DNA of 63,701 nucleotides, the filler included, from Lenisia limosa (Eukaryota; Protista; Breviatea), in the NCBI GenBank assembly GCA_001655205.1. It is 9 parts of 9 records of this genome, joined end to end, with 100 filler letters (N's around TTAATTAATTAA, not from the genome) between each part and the next. Parts side by side here need not be neighbours in the genome. Positions count along the whole stretch, not along the records: positions 1,813 to 24,108 come from LPNZ01011570.1; positions 24,209 to 27,020 come from LPNZ01004203.1; positions 27,121 to 30,421 come from LPNZ01007830.1; 6 more parts are not named here. One strand, given 5' to 3'. Position 1 is the stretch's first letter; every line of letters begins with the position of its first letter. Position numbers and translations under genes: made by a program. A model generated the notes under the pieces. It was not told where the DNA came from and made no database searches. It was given only the letters and a program-made list of their open reading frames with translations. This document shows, in pieces, positions 13,229 to 27,456 of the stretch.

Positions 13229-16200
13229 ATGGTTAATGAGGAATCACTTGAGAATGTTGCTCCCCTTGAAGTCTCCCCAACAAAGCAGGGAAGAATAATG
13301 TCCCTCAAAACTGTCCTAGCTATTTCGTAAGCATGAATATGTAATATATATGATAGTCACTAACTTATTAGTTAGTTATACGGTCCAACATTTTCTTCGG
13401 TAATAAGAATTGATTCTATCATAGCTGCTCATATTCCGTTTTTTTTTGTTTTATTGAAAACACAAATCACATAGTAGAATCCTTGTCATCTCCTTGGCGG
13501 TGACAGCGGCTCTATTTTCAATATTTTGGGGTCTTCAATCGGCACAAGAAGGCACACAAGAGAGTTGCGAAAATATCCTTTTCGACAATATCCATGATGT
13601 AAGCAACGCCCAATTTTTTTTCAAAACCCCTTTCATATTACGCCATCTACATTTCTCCCTACTCCAGCCATTTACCTCAGTCCCCCCAACTAATCGATGT
13701 CCGCCTAAATTTACACTCTTTTCCTCCTATTTCCCCTTCCCCACTTATTCTTAATTTACCCATTTAGGATGATTGTTAACTTTCATATGATAACTTTTGT
13801 TGAGGATGATAACTTTCATGTAATTGAATGGTTGTTAAATTGTATGTGTTATTATGAATCTTTGATAAGAATGATTGTTAAAACAATCATATGATTTTAA
13901 AACATTTGTTTAGTGTGGTTGCTAACTTTCATATGGTATTTACCTTAATCCATCTATCCTCCGTAATGGTCAATTCACTCCTAATTCTATAGTCATTAGA
14001 GGCGGACATCCGCACCATAGAGCAAGCTCTTCAGAAAGGAATTTTGGTAGGATTACATTTTGAACAAGATCAGTAACATACTTTTTGGAATTCAAAAGTA
14101 TACGAGAAATGCTACAAGCTTACCAACTTACCATTTTCTATTCCCTCGCACATGGACAATTCTCGTGTCAACTCATAAGTGCTGACGTAATTGACTAAAT
14201 GTAAAGATGAATCTGTCTCAAGACCTATCTATGTCAGTGTCTAACATTAGCTCTCAAAGCAATTAATTACAACTAATCTTATCGAACTCAATTTAATAGT
14301 CACATTAAAGTGTTTTGTCACATACAATTTAATATGTGTGCAAGTGTGAGCAATCAGACAATCTATGACTCATACGTTTGTAAAATTGATTTTTTTAGGT
14401 AATTCAGCACCAACTCGACAACCTCTCTAATATGATGATTGCTGCTCGGCCAAAAAAGGACTTTAACGTTCTGAGGACAATGCTCTGGAGGTTGGACTTG
14501 GTTTGCAAAACAAAATGTAAATTTGAAGTTGTACAGTTAGTCTGGGTATATTTTGGCGTGAAATTGCACTTGCAATTTTGATAAGACAGTATCACTATAA
14601 GGGTTGGTTAGATGTACAGTCTCAAATTAAGATTCATTCGCAATTCTCTCCGAATTTTCTTTGTATTTAACGTATTATATACTTTGGAAGTTAATAAGAT
14701 GGCATATACCCTCTAAAACAGATTTATTAAGCTTACTCAAAAGCAACTGGAATCACAAGGTCAATATCAGAAACCTATGATAATATAATAATTGTATTGA
14801 ATTGTAACCTGTTTTATCTTTCAAGGGAGTTTGTTGTTCATCCAGCCTCGACCATATTCTTTTGGGTGATGGAGCGTGGCTTTCTGTACTATGCTCTTTC
14901 GCCTGAACTCATCAATCTGATGGGGACCTATTTCCTTGAAGACCAAGACCCAAATCAGTGTGACTTCTGCCAGTCTCAATATGATCAGGTATGGGGTGTC
15001 AAGACGTTTATAGGAGGCAAGTTTTTATTTCAATCTCAAGAAGCCCGATGAAATATTGGTAAAAATGTTGATATTCAGTCTATTATGAGCGAAGTGAAAC
15101 CCTAATTGGAGGTTAAACCTTCATCGAAACATTTAAAAACCCTTCATTAACAACCAGAAATAACATTTTAGATTGGGGACAATTTTGCGTTTTTCACCGA
15201 AGCGGATACCAATGGCATGCCAATATGGACTCCTGATTCAATGGTTAACTTTATTTTCAACTACACATCAAGGTGTGGAGGGATGTGAATTGGGATCATG
15301 AGATATTGTTTATTTGGAAGAGTGCTTTGAATGTAGGGTACTTTTCACAATTTTCTAATATTTCAGGGACTGGTACAAATCCGCAGTAATAGAACCCGGG
15401 GTAAAAGTAAGTTTCGTACCCATGGAGGCAATATACAAATTATTGTGACCCGTTCACATTTTACATTTATTACGATGTTTATGCTGTCATTGTCGGTCAG
15501 ACCCCCCCATTATTCAAATATTTACCTCCAAGAGCCAATTTCCACATTATCCTCTCATAACTGCATCCTACATTATAACTAGTGTTCCACTTCGGTTAAA
15601 GTAATATCCTGTAAAATATCGATAGTATTCGAGGATTTATCGAGATATTCAGTCTTTTTTTTTGAACCGAAGTGAAACCCTTTTTATAACACATAAAACT
15701 TTAATTGTAAATGCTTCATTATTACACATTTGCACCTCATAACACTTCATCATTATTACACTGAATCATCTATTTGAAAACATTTATAACACTGCATCAT
15801 TATTACACTTAGTCATATATTCAAACACATTGACAACACCGTATCATCAATACACTGCATTATCTATGAGCACACAACACCAATCACAAAAAATAATTTC
15901 AACATCATGATATATTTTAAATATACATATAGCTATATGAAATTATATATGTTAACTCAAGTCTAGAGCCTATCAATTTTCTTTTTGTTTTACCCAAAAA
16001 ACCATAATCTGCATTTTAATCACAATAGGCTTGGACTGGTTTCTATGAATACACCACTGGAGTAACCGGAATCGATTTTGTCCTGACAGTTCATGTGGGC
16101 TTTTTAACATCTCAATGGTATCAAGAGGGCTTCCCTATGGTCGAAAAAGACCATTAAAATTTTGATATTCATTGACTATTTATCGAAAAATTCAGTTTTT

Positions 16201-19200
16201 TTGGGACTGTAGTGAAGCCAAGCCCTAAGTGTCATTTTATCTCTGCAGGGGATTATCAGCCTAATTCAATATAATAATGTGATTTTTTTGGCTTTCAACT
16301 TGAGATACAATTAGCTACGAACAAAGGCATAATTACTCGATAAAACTTCAATAAATATTGATTTACTTGTCAATTTTGTGGCAGAGTGATTCTCTACCCA
16401 TAATTGTAACAAATAATGATTTTAGAACAACAATAAGATCTTGATATGTAGTTAATCTCTATATTCTACCATAAATACATACATAATACTAACTCATAAG
16501 AATAATGACACTCTTTGGGCCTCATTACCTGGAGAACAGTGGAGTACTGCCCCCGATGGGACAGCAGGTGGGGTGTGAAAAATACGTAATAAATCTGACA
16601 TCTAAATGTTCTCGTATTAGATATATTACATGTCATGCTTCGGTTCAATAAACACCGAAATATCGATAGTTATCAAGGATTTATCAAGAAGTCCAGTCAT
16701 TTTTTGAACCGCAATGAAGCTCTAATTAAATGATGTACGAATTTATTAGTTTTCATTTTGTAAGATTAACTTCACTTCTATAGGACATGGTAACATTGAC
16801 TACATTACGGCTATTTCACTCACGTCTGATGACATAAGAAGCTGGTTGAATGTATGAAATTGGGGAGGAGGAGGACTCATATGTTTGTAGGCTCTTTTTG
16901 AGGATGGGTGAGGTTTTATAAGTTTGAATGAATAACTAATACTCTACTATTCTGTGTCATTAATATGTTAGTGTTTTGTTGAGAGATATCCTTGATTATT
17001 ATGCTTGGTAAAGTGGTATGAAATTAGAAGATGCAGTTGATTATTGGTTGTAGGTAGGGCTTCACTTCTTTTCAAAAAAGACGGAATTTCTCGAAAATTA
17101 ACGATATTTACCAGTATTTTTTGAACCGAAGTGAAAGCCTTAGTTGTGGAGTGACCTTCTATGGTATTGAATGGTTTAATGTGTGCTATTTCAGGAGTAA
17201 TTTGTATAGAAGTAAGTTAAATACTGGATTGTGGGGAAAGGTTACTCTTAGAAAAAGAGGCGTAACACCCATTGCATATACTATACATAGTCCTATATGT
17301 ATATTGCATTAAACTCTCTTGGAATAACCCAATAGAACTTGGATCTCCGCAACATTGAGAAGATTTGGGTGTTTGACCAGGAGCTGACTCCCATCAATCG
17401 CTATACAAGGGCTACTTCAAACCGCTCATTTGTTGAGGTACGTGATTGCTTTTTGCGGTAAATTCTCTCATGACATATCACAAAGCTACAGTGCATTGAA
17501 AATTATGTACTTGTTCTGCGAGATTTAAAAACTCCAAAACTAACATTGATAGGAGGAACATACAGGCATTGTCAAAGACGCTATACTGAACCGCTTTGGA
17601 AATGTGAAGTTAGTGATGTGATTATACCCTGAGGAACACTCTTTTTTGGATTTGATCAAAATGCTAAATGTGGAAGTATTAAAACGTAAACAAACATTAT
17701 ATGAATAGGGCTACTTCTAACGATTTCAACAACTGGATCGTAATATGTGTCACATTATACATAGCTGCATATAATATATATATATGTATATTATCTCCGC
17801 GACTTCTATCTCCCCTACTCTAATCCTCCACTACTCTCTTTCTTCCCATCGTCCGCTGTTCCAAATCTCTATTTTCCTCCCCGCAAGGATTATTTTAGCT
17901 GATCTAGTTTTCTTAACCAATCCGTGTCACATGTATTAGCAGTCAATTATCTAGGAGAGTGAACTCGCCCGTTTCCCTTGAGTACACCACAGATCAAAAA
18001 ATTGTGTCAACATTAACAGTTGGATGGAACTGGATATACTTTTATCTTTAATATTTACATTTAAACATTAGTAATATAATTCGTCTCATATTTTCAATCA
18101 TTAGATCTCAACTATATCTGGCAACTACGGTCTGTTTGTCACCCTCGCCGTTTCCCGTAATCAAAATCGTTATGTCCAGTTATTTCGCGACATCAATCCT
18201 GAAGTTACTTACAAGGCAAACATGTATGCATGGTTATAGGTGATATCTAATTATTTACCAGAATGGTGTGTATTTGGTGATGAGCAATTTTACTAGAATT
18301 GAGGGATTGGGGTTGAATAATTGACAAAATTTGGGCTTCACTTCAAAAAGATTGGTAAAATATCGATAGTTTTTCAAGATTTAACGAGATATTTAGTCTT
18401 TTTTCGAACCGAAGTGAAGCCTTAGACAAAATGAAAGTAACAATAAGACATTTAACATAATAAAATAATGCTGAATTTAGGTATTATGACTTTTTTGAGC
18501 TTAATTATTGGCTCCTCTATCAATTCAAATAGTATAATTTATCAAATCTGTTTTGAAACCTAAACTGAAGCTTTAATTGTAATTACCCATCATGAAATGA
18601 TGCCGCTTGTGTCATCAGATTACTTTCAATTGATGAGTTTCAACACATTAAAATATTCTTATCTTCACCACTAAACGCGCCAGCTTTCAATCAGGGGAAA
18701 ACCACATCCGCGTCATTGCAATTGCAATGGTGGTCACCTTGGTCCATTTTACTATATTGATCATCTGCATCACTTCTCTCATTGACAAGCCGTTTAAGAA
18801 TATCGTCGTGAGGTGAGGGGGGCGTCATGTGGTGAGCTAAGTGGATTACTGTTGAAATATCTGACAATTTTTGATCGGAGTTGTTGCGTGTAGTGGAAGA
18901 GTATATCACATTTACATTAATTAAAAACAAATCTTATTTTAAAATATCAAATGAGTAATAATATCAAGAGCTTTACTTATTAATTAAATTGATCATTATA
19001 ATGAGTCGAAAATATAATCCAAAAACACTCATTATTAATACTCACTTGTCTAGCATGGATCGAACAAGTCAGCTCTCAAGCAAATCTATTGAAACGAGGT
19101 GTTTTTGAATAAATTTTTTATATTAATATAATATATACGTTTATTTCCTGGAATGTATTATTCCTGTATAAATCCATTCTGTTCACATATTTTGAGAACT

Positions 19201-22200
19201 CTAAAATGATCACCATTTGTCTATATTATTACATTTCTGAACCATTTCTTTTGATAGCATTTTATTAATCCATGATTTGACCTAATTTAAGGACGAGTCG
19301 TGTAAGAGAGTTTCGTGAATTGCAGCAGTCGGTGGAGCGACTCTATGTGAGCAAAATTGAGTCGTTCAACTCTCCCAACCATTTGCGTCCGAATTACCCC
19401 TTCCTCCCAAAGTACTATCATTATGCCCCCGCACTTTAATAAGCCCTTACAATGAGCCTTCAGTATAAGATTTTTCAACACCCCGACACTATCAAATTTC
19501 TTGATTCTAATAACAAGTAATATTGTAAGGTCTGTAGAAAAATTATGAATGAAATGGAATCGGTAGTGATTTCACTTTCAGATAATACAATTTTATATTC
19601 TTAATGTTATGGTGTGAAAATGCTAGAATGTCTGTATAATATTGACTAATAAACATTGTTCCTCTTACCACCCTTGTTTCCTGAACGAAATACATGATCA
19701 AGTTTCAATTTTTGAAATAGAAGGGTCTGAAATTGAGTTAACATAACAAGAGGTCGCACTTCAAATTTTGCAAATAATTTTCAACTAATTGCACAGAGCC
19801 CTATTATTAACCCTTTCTCCAGCTCTCACACCATAGTTCACAGTCAATGTGTTCAAGAAGTACATTGCAAATGACGTGGTGAAGTTTGTCCATTTGCAAA
19901 AGAAAGTGTCAATGGTAGGAGGGCAACAAGTACGGCTTCACTATTTGGGAAAATATAGATAGTTTAGGGTTTATCGAGAAATTCAGTCTTTTTCCAGCCG
20001 AAGTGAACAAGTAGTGTGTTTATTTGATGTGTTTCTCAACTTGATAACTGTAACTAATTTTGAAAATTATTATGTTAGTCTTAAATATCTTAATGTTGAC
20101 TCAGTACAACGAAAAATGATACAATCCGCATATTATTTACTTTTGATAATAATTATCAATGCTCTATTTTTATAAAAATTCAGGTTTCAATGTCACTTCA
20201 AAATGTCACGTAGGTTAAGGGTTGCAATTGCAATACACTAAACATTATACGGTACAGTGTATCTTGATTGAAGACTGATACTCATTGACATATTCAATCA
20301 ATTCAATACAGTGTAAATATACATACATATGACTCTCCTATCTACATATGATCATATAGTATATATCTACATATGATCATACAGTATCAATATAAATTGT
20401 TCATTAATTTGGTAGTAATGACCATTTTCAGAGTTATGTTTGTGAAGTTTACACCCTTTCTCAATATATTACTCGGTTAGTGGTGATGAGATTCCTGTGT
20501 TGTAAAACAATTGAATTGATCCACAAATTTGTACAGCTTTTTAATTATTCATGCAACTAAACACCTTTGTAATTAATATTTGATAATTATGAACAAACAG
20601 GGATCATCATATAGAGTATTGTATTATTGAAACTCTTGGAAGTTTTTTGGTTTAATGATACTAAACAAACAGAGCTGTCTGCCGATGAAGTGGTGACTTT
20701 ATTGGAGGAGTACATAGGGTCACTGACTTACATCATTCGCTCCTTCAAAGGCTTTGTTGCTGAGTAGGGGGCGAAACTAGTTTAAATATTTTTTAAAGAC
20801 GATTCGGTTACGCTTAGACTTCCTTAGAGTACCAAAAATACTAAATATCTGATAAATCCTTTCTAATGTGTCATTTATTTCTCTTCAAAAAATATTTGAT
20901 AAATATCGATATTTTTACGGTAATTTATGGACCTTTGGGAAGCCAGTCCACAAACATACCTCATGATAATGGTTAGAGTTATATATTATATATTCTACGG
21001 TGTTTCAATGTGGTTTCCGAAACTAAACAGACATTTCTCTGGTTCAATAAATCCAAAATTAGTGTAAATCAGTTTTGGTCATGTGATTTAGCTATTGCTT
21101 GCTGTTCGAAATTGGAATTAAACCACCAGGTTCTCTAAGGTGACTCTACTCTGTCTATTCGGCTGTCCAGTGAATGAATCGGAACATGAAATTCACAGCT
21201 GCTCTGCCGCTTTGCATATTCAAAAGTATCTGACATCTTTCAGAGCCAAGTTGAATGTGAGTTATTGATAGTTTAATTTGAGTTTAATGATAACTTTGAA
21301 TTTCTTTTAAGTTAATGAAACCCGAAAAATTGCCACGTTTATTTCAGCAATCTTCAATATATATAGAGAGTCGATCAAATAATCTTACCGTTTGCAATAC
21401 AACTAGGGTTTCACTCAAAAAGACCAGAAAAATATCGATAATTTTCACAGATTTATCGATAAATGCCGTCTTGTTTCGAGCCAAAGTGAAGCCATAATTA
21501 CAAATCAATGGACTTATGCCTCCCCACTAACATTGTATATCGCATCTCCTCCCGTCTTCCCCCATACCATATTTAGGGCTTCCTGGATACCAAAAAAGAC
21601 TAAATATATCGATAAATCCTAGATAAATATCGATATTCTCGGTCGTTTTCGGACATTATGGAAACCCTACCTATAATTACATTGCTTTGAGACATTCCTA
21701 CTAAATTACATGAAAATATGGCCTGAAAAGCAACGCTAATCATTACAGACAATAGTCAAGATCTATTACAACACAAAAGCAGCGATCGGGATTTGTACGG
21801 GACAAGTCCTCCATGGTAACGTCGGTATGGAGGTGTGTGTATTTTGAAGTCGTAGATGGGCTTTATTTTGAGGGAGAGGTATTTTGAAGTTGGTGGTAGG
21901 ACTTTGGTACAAAAACAAGTAATCTCAGAATCAAAAGATTCCCAAATATGTCATCAGGTTACCATTGTTTAACAATCCTGCTTTAGGTTCTACTACACAG
22001 TTCAAATACGGGGTCCTTGGGCAGTATGTTAATCTTAGTAGTCGACTACAAGCCCTTTGTAAACAATATAATGTGGGTGCTTTGGGGTGTTAATAAATAT
22101 AGTGGTTACCTTATATGGTATTGTTTGAGGGTAGTGCTACGACTAATCAACGGAGTTTCGTGAAATATTGGAAATTTCAACTTTATTCAAGTGAATTCTA

Positions 22201-23656
22201 ATATTATATTGGCAAATGACTTTACTTAATCTGTCTGGTAGCTGACTTTCACTAAATTAGGTTCCCATTATAATTTCGCAAAGCACTTATGCGGAAGTTG
22301 GCGAGTCATTCATTTGCAGGTAATGTGAAATTCCAGGAATTATTCAACCCATAAGCAGCTTACAAAACTATTTTGCCTAAACGTATCACCAACTCCCCCT
22401 CCCCCACTTTCACATGCTTCCCTGCAATCCCCCCCAGCAAGCATAAAACCCGCCTCATTAATCAATAAATTTACATGGAGAAGACCTTTTCCACAGTATA
22501 CTCTTAATATTTATATCAAACCCTATTGTTTCCATTAATATATACACTGTTTTGTTTTCAAATCAACATTAATCCACATGAATGACAATCATTCAGCCAA
22601 AATCTAATCCCATAGATGTCTCGACATAGTTTTAGTTGCAGGTAGCATGACACCAACCCTCATTTACCAACTCATTTGCGGCCCTCCTGAACCAAGAGTA
22701 ACTATAAACGTATTGAGGGGTGGGTATATTGCTGGTTTGAAGCATTATGCATGTATTGGTATTATGAAGATTTAAAAAAATCATAGATATTGTAAGAAAT
22801 GATGACAATAATGAAATATCATCTTAAATTGCATTAATGATTCAGGAAATTAATTTAATGGATTACTTCCATCTGAACGCGTTTAGGAGAAATCAGAAAC
22901 TCAAGGTAGGATCTAGATACATGAAAATTGTCTTTATTTATTTGTGATATAGTATACACACAAAATATATGGAGAGTTAAGATCTTGAACTCTTATGGAT
23001 GATAAGTCCAATATTGTGGAATCCTTACTGCCCAAATTAAGCTTGCAAAATTGTCAATATTTATCGAGATATTGAGACAATTTTACCTTTTTTCACCCAA
23101 TGAAATCACCTATCATATGATAGTATATGAAAACTACTGTAGTACAGATATTATCCCTATCTAATGCGTGTACTAGTACTATTTGTAACTGGTTAATATA
23201 TTTAGTCCTTCTGGAGTGGTCATATAGATAGACCGAGTCAATCCGACAGTAAAGTGCAATTTGGTGACGAGGTAACTGGTTGATCTTTAGACTTTGTAGT
23301 GGAAAAATATAAAGTGATAAAAGTGGTACTTGAGGTAAAGTATATACTATTAGACGGCCACTCTATCATAGTGTCATCATTTCTATTCCCCTTAGTGGAT
23401 TTACATTTCTTTTATTAAGATGGTTTCAAATGGTTTTTGGTCAGTAATCACTAGGAATGCACTGATAACGAATAAAAAATGCTTAAAGGTATCTTGAGAC
23501 AGTGAAATATTAGACTTTTAGGAGTTTGAACATTTACGAAATAATCTTCGGTAAACACGTATAAATATTCATTGAACCACTTTTATCTCCCAGCAGCAGA
23601 AATCACCACCAAAAGACCGTACATTCAAAGATGTGGTCAGGATATGTAACAAGTAA
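13229..23656 (+). CDS. Receptor-type class III adenylate/guanylate cyclase-like protein (TM-dCache-TM-HAMP-cyclase), catalytically degenerate
   Basis: TM1 MSLKTVLAISILVISLAVTAALFSIFW; Cache-like FNYTSRDWYKSA and AWTGFYEY; TM2 VIAIAMVVTLVHFTILIICITSLIDKPF; HAMP-like SRVREFRELQQSVERL. Cyclase motifs: VTVMFVKFTPF, ELSADEVVTLLEEY, LFGCP..EHEIHSCSAAL, AIGICTGQVLHGNVG, YGVLGQYVNLSSRLQALCK, IIISQSTYAEV, RCLDIVLVAG. C-terminus PPKDRTFKDVVRICNK*. Confidence 0.85.
15580..15682. mobile_element. Family A hAT-type MITE
   Basis: TIRs present; flanks ATTATAAC/TTTATAAC (7/8). Confidence 0.85.
17055..17142. mobile_element. Family A hAT-type MITE
   Basis: TIRs present; flanks GTTGTAGG/GTTGTGGA (6/8). Confidence 0.85.
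18331..18424. mobile_element. Family A hAT-type MITE
   Basis: TIRs with a perfect 8-bp TSD GACAAAAT at 18323-18330 and 18425-18432. Confidence 0.9.
21404..21669. mobile_element. Two family A MITEs (21404-21496, 21574-21669)
   Basis: Both start TAGGG and end GCCATA or ACCCTA; the first has flanks AATACAAC/ATTACAAA (6/8). Confidence 0.8.
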
Positions 23657-24208
23657 AGCTTCTTTTCAGTGATGTACAGTATATTTATGGTTTTGTCAGA
23701 ATAATTTGTAATCAATTTATGTTTTATTATCAAGAGAATCTTACACAGAATAGAAAGGTATACAATTACACAAATTCAATNNNNNNNNNNNNNNNNNNNN
23801 NNNNNNNNNNNNNNNNNNNNNNNNNNNNNNNNNNNNNNNNNNNNNNNNNNNNNNNNNNNNNNNNNNNNNNNNNNNNNNNNNNNNNNNNNNNNNNNNNNNN
23901 NNNNNNNNNNNNNNNNNNCCACTTCACGCCTGTTTCCCTTTTTTTTTTATTTTTCGCTTCTTGGTTGCTCGTGTGTCACATCTATGCTCTGATTGTCAAT
24001 GTACCAACTGTCACTATTGTTCAATGTCACCGGAAATGTTTTGTACTTGGAGGAGAGAGCAGTGCTGTGAGCGATTCTATCGGGCATTGATGACATTTTT
24101 AATAATGGNNNNNNNNNNNNNNNNNNNNNNNNNNNNNNNNNNNNNNNNNNNNTTAATTAATTAANNNNNNNNNNNNNNNNNNNNNNNNNNNNNNNNNNNN
24201 NNNNNNNN

Positions 24209-25530
24209 CACCTTGGGCTGCGAGCGGCGTGAGTGGCAGCAGCAAGCTCTGGAGTATCGTATCAAAGCAAACGAGTCAGAAAGCACCTTCAGAACTGAAC
24301 TGGAAAACGCCTTACTCAAACAAAGGGTTGGCTGATTCCAAATCCTTTCTCGTTTTGTGTTGTTTAACTCCCCCCCCCTCCCAGACTGAGCTGTACAAGG
24401 AACACTCGCAAGACACTACAGACAAGGTGGCCNNNNNNNNNNNNNNNNNNNNNNNNNNNNNNNNNNNNNNNNNNNNNNNNNNNNNNNNNNNNNNNGATTT
24501 CCTTGACGACCAGGCAAAACACTCCGACGAAAAGGTGAATATCTCCTTCAGCTTGACTAAGCTACTACCTTCCCAGAAACATAGTCTTCAATCCAAGTTA
24601 CCTCCCCCAGATATTTGCTCTTGAGTCTGAGCTCCAAATGGCCCGCGAAAGAGAAGCCAGTGCGCTGAACAGTGTGACGGAATGTCGCGAAGAGCTTCAG
24701 GCGTCCAAGCGCAACGCTCAACAGATGCGGCAACAGCCCATGAGGGCCACGTCCATGCTGGCGCCAAGCCCGGCCCGACCAAGACAATCCTCGGTTTGTA
24801 CATGGCTCCTCGGAACTCTTTTCTCATGTATTTATCACATTCATACTGCCTTTTTGATGAAAGGTAGTACCACCGATTAACAAAAGATGTTGTGAAAAGG
24901 CCATATTCACAGGATGTTGTAAAAAGGCCACATTCTCAACATACAGTTGTCAGCAAGTCGTTCCATTGCGCATCCCAAGGTGGAAACTCCTTCACATGGC
25001 CTTGCGTCGACTGAGGTTAGTCTACCACCCCACTCTTCTGAGTTTTCATATTGTGATTTTAAAAAAACTTGACCAATTTCTTATTCCTCATGAAGTCCCC
25101 TTTAACCAGTAGGGTGTGAAAGCTCGCGTTGCGCGTATGTGGGATGCAGTTGGCGTAACAACGGACGAGCAGAACGCCTTCAACCTCCGAGCCGAAGCCG
25201 TTGCCAGCAGTGGCGGCGACCAGGCTTCGTTGTGGCAGGCTGAGGCCCAGAGACTCCAGGACGGGCTCGGTTTGGTCCGCCTTGTGACGCGAAAAGACTA
25301 CTTGTCGTCAAGTCGCAACGTTAAAACAGGCCGCGAAGCCGTTTTGATGGAGGAGGAGCTCACAAAGGTGGCATGACTTTGATGTCGATATTCTCCTGGT
25401 AGTTTCTTCTGCCATTGGATGGTTATCACGGCTTTTAATGATTCAGGTTGGGGCAGAGCTTGAAAAGGCTGCGCGTAACTTCCAAGCGCGACATAACGAG
25501 AGGTTCCAATATAAGGGGAGGGCGTTCTAG
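24209..25530 (+). CDS. Coiled-coil protein with a MAP65/ASE1/CCDC87-like C-terminus (5' partial)
   Basis: Exons encode coiled coil (ERREWQQQALEYRIK; IFALESELQMAREREAS), then KARVARMWDAVGVTTDEQNAF and ELEKAARNFQARHNERFQYKGRAF*. The family assignment is from motif recall only. Confidence 0.55.
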
Positions 25531-25810
25531 GTGTTGTTTCTGTTTTCTTAGTTTAGGTCTATCATGTTCAGTTGTTGCTTGAAGCAATAAGTCTTATGTA
25601 TGAATGTTTCACTTTATCATTAAAGTTAGCTATAACAGTTTTATCACAATCAAAGGGTGTTAATATTTGTGGGAAACAACAACAAACGCAAAAATTGAGT
25701 TTTGCTTTATTAACAATAAAATGAGATTTTATTATTAATTAATGTGTTATTTGGTCTCAAAAAATCTAGAGAATAGATGCATTAGACTTAGAAAATGAAA
25801 CCAGGGGAAC

Positions 25811-26457
25811 TTAACCATAGATGAGGCGGAAGATATCATTAAGGATGAAGAAGGAGTTGGCAGCGGTGGGGATGAGGTGGAAGGTTTGAGAGAACTTTAA
25901 TGGCTTGTCAGGAGCGTTGCCATCAACCTGTGAAAGTCAGCAAGATGGATATGAGAAATTGTGAAGGAAGACCAATACTAAGAATAAACAGCCGATATCA
26001 CAGTGGGATGAGCAGTTCCTTAGCCAAGTTGTGATCCCACATACCACAAGGTGACCACACACAACAACGAGAATTCCGTTGTTGGCAAGAGACGGTTGAA
26101 CGTCCATGGAGGTTACTTGATGTTGGATGGTTTTGAAAGTGAGACCAGCCTGTTATTCATCAATTATGTTATTATTCAAGGTGTTTAAACTCTTAGAAAG
26201 GTTAGAAGGGTGAGAAGAAGACCTGGTTGAGACAGAATGATTCAGATTCCCTCAAACAGTCAGGTGGGTCATAATAGCTTGCGTTCCCTTGAAGTCTTTT
26301 CCCTCATACGAGAGCATAGACTGCTCAGCATGCTAAATAGTGAATAACCCAAAAAAAAATAACGAACATAGAGACCAGCAAGGTTCTGACGGGCAGTATC
26401 AAAAGTCTGATAGTAATGTTGGACAAATGCCTGGGCAATTTGCTTGGGATCAGCCAT
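25811..26457 (-). CDS. NTF2: Nuclear transport factor 2
   Basis: Four exons give MADPKQIAQAFVQHYYQTFDTARQNLAGLY-HAEQSMLSYEGKDFKGTQAIMTHLT-AGLTFKTIQHQVTSMDVQPSLANNGILVVVCGHLV-VDGNAPDKPLKFSQTFHLIPTAANSFFILNDIFRLIYG*. Confidence 0.95.
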
Positions 26458-27456
26458 TTTTTTTAAGAAAAATTCAACTTTTGAAAACTAACTTGCTGAA
26501 AATTAAATAAATGTGAAGGAACAATCAGAGTAGGAGCTAACAACAAAAAAACAAAAACACACAAAAAAAAAATTTCAGGTGGCTTAGCCCGGCGGCGCAA
26601 TTTTTTGTTGGGCTGCCTTCGCCTTTTCAGTCTCTTTTTGATTTTCTTAGGACTCATGAACTGATTTGCAGCATTAATATCCAATCATTATCCCCTTGGA
26701 AGCATCCCTTGTAACTGGGTAACAAATTATATTGCTAAGATTTAGGTCTTGAAAGACGTCTCGGAAACATTGGAACCTAGACAGTGTTAGAAAGGAAAAG
26801 AAAAAAACTACTGTTAAGAGAAAATAGAATCCTCATCCTATGGGTGATGAATAATAATCAACACGGTGATTGATTGGTGTTTTCAGAGTGGTGCATGATG
26901 GATAATCCTTGGATAGAAGGTGAAGACAGCAGAATAAGGGACAAACCTGTGTGAACGGCAAGGCAACCAGCGAGAAAAGCATCTTTTCGAAGAAATCTAA
27001 AAGAGTTATGTTATTGTTAGNNNNNNNNNNNNNNNNNNNNNNNNNNNNNNNNNNNNNNNNNNNNTTAATTAATTAANNNNNNNNNNNNNNNNNNNNNNNN
27101 NNNNNNNNNNNNNNNNNNNNAAATATCGATATTTATCGAGGATTTATCGAGAAATTCAGTCTTTTTTGGGACCGTAGGGAATACCTAATAGTAAGCAAAG
27201 GTGATAGGTCTGTGACAGGGGAGGATAGGGAGTGAAAGGTCAGTGAAAGTGGGGGTAACCGGAGGGAGCAATATCAGTAAATAAATCCTTGTTTTGAGTA
27301 ATTGTTTAAATGACCCATCCCCCGTGTTTCTCAATTGCTGAGCCAAAAGATTCCAGTTTTCTTGTTTTTCGTAATGTTTCCCCCNNNNNNNNNNNNNNNN
27401 NNNNNNNNNNNNNNNNNNNNNNNNNNNNNNNNNNNNNNNNNNNNNNNNNNNNNNNC

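Noticed and set aside
17143-17152. MITE end CCTTA plus the TSD G creating a new splice acceptor
   Set aside because: An alternative native acceptor (GGAG) also fits, and upstream exon phases are unresolved.
19287-19481. Helicase motif VI-like QMVGRVER on the - strand
   Set aside because: It is the antisense shadow of the + strand HAMP exon 19291-19410, which has a branch point, acceptor and donor.
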